Below, piece by piece: positions 63,936-64,000 of a stretch of DNA of 64,000 bases. The notes beneath the pieces were generated by a model. That model was not told where the DNA came from, made no database searches, and saw only the letters and a list, made by a program, of their open reading frames with translations. Every line of letters starts with the position of its first letter. Positions within the stretch are counted from its first letter, which is position 1. A program made the translations under genes and the position numbers. Origin of the DNA: Eledone cirrhosa (lineage: Eukaryota); assembly GCA_964016885.1 (NCBI GenBank), contig OZ024743.1:200570001-200634000 (forward strand), written 5' to 3'.

Positions 63936-64000
63936 CTCCTAGACAAAAAGGTATCAAGATTAATCTGGCTCTATGACTAGTGGTTCTGTATGGAGCTGCT

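Overview
Repeat-dominated, AT-rich animal genomic DNA with no host protein-coding gene that I can support. The SINE and microsatellite content resembles an octopod cephalopod (inference). Main contents: (1) a ~5.6 kb satellite with a 50-bp TG-derived unit. (2) A head-to-tail stack of Tx1/L1-clade LINEs (8.2-21.2 kb, minus strand) plus a copy at 56.3-57.9 kb; every 3' end and most 5' ends abut (GATA)n in the same polarity, and putative splice sites are conserved in the 5' UTR and just before ORF2. (3) Two non-autonomous Helitrons, one carrying repeated short intron-like units. (4) Two tRNA-type SINE families, RTE fragments and MITEs. (5) The most striking signal: about ten mostly unrelated small modules carrying type I hammerhead ribozyme (HHR) motifs, mostly in (TA)n and mostly in fold-back or tandem-plus-inverted arrangement. 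These include a 316-nt tandem monomer with a U3-A8 core variant and a ~430-nt circularly permuted monomer at two loci, and they lie near two Penelope-like GIY-YIG fragments. This looks like a retrozyme / non-autonomous Penelope-like element system. All structures were read by eye, so coordinates may be off by a few bases.
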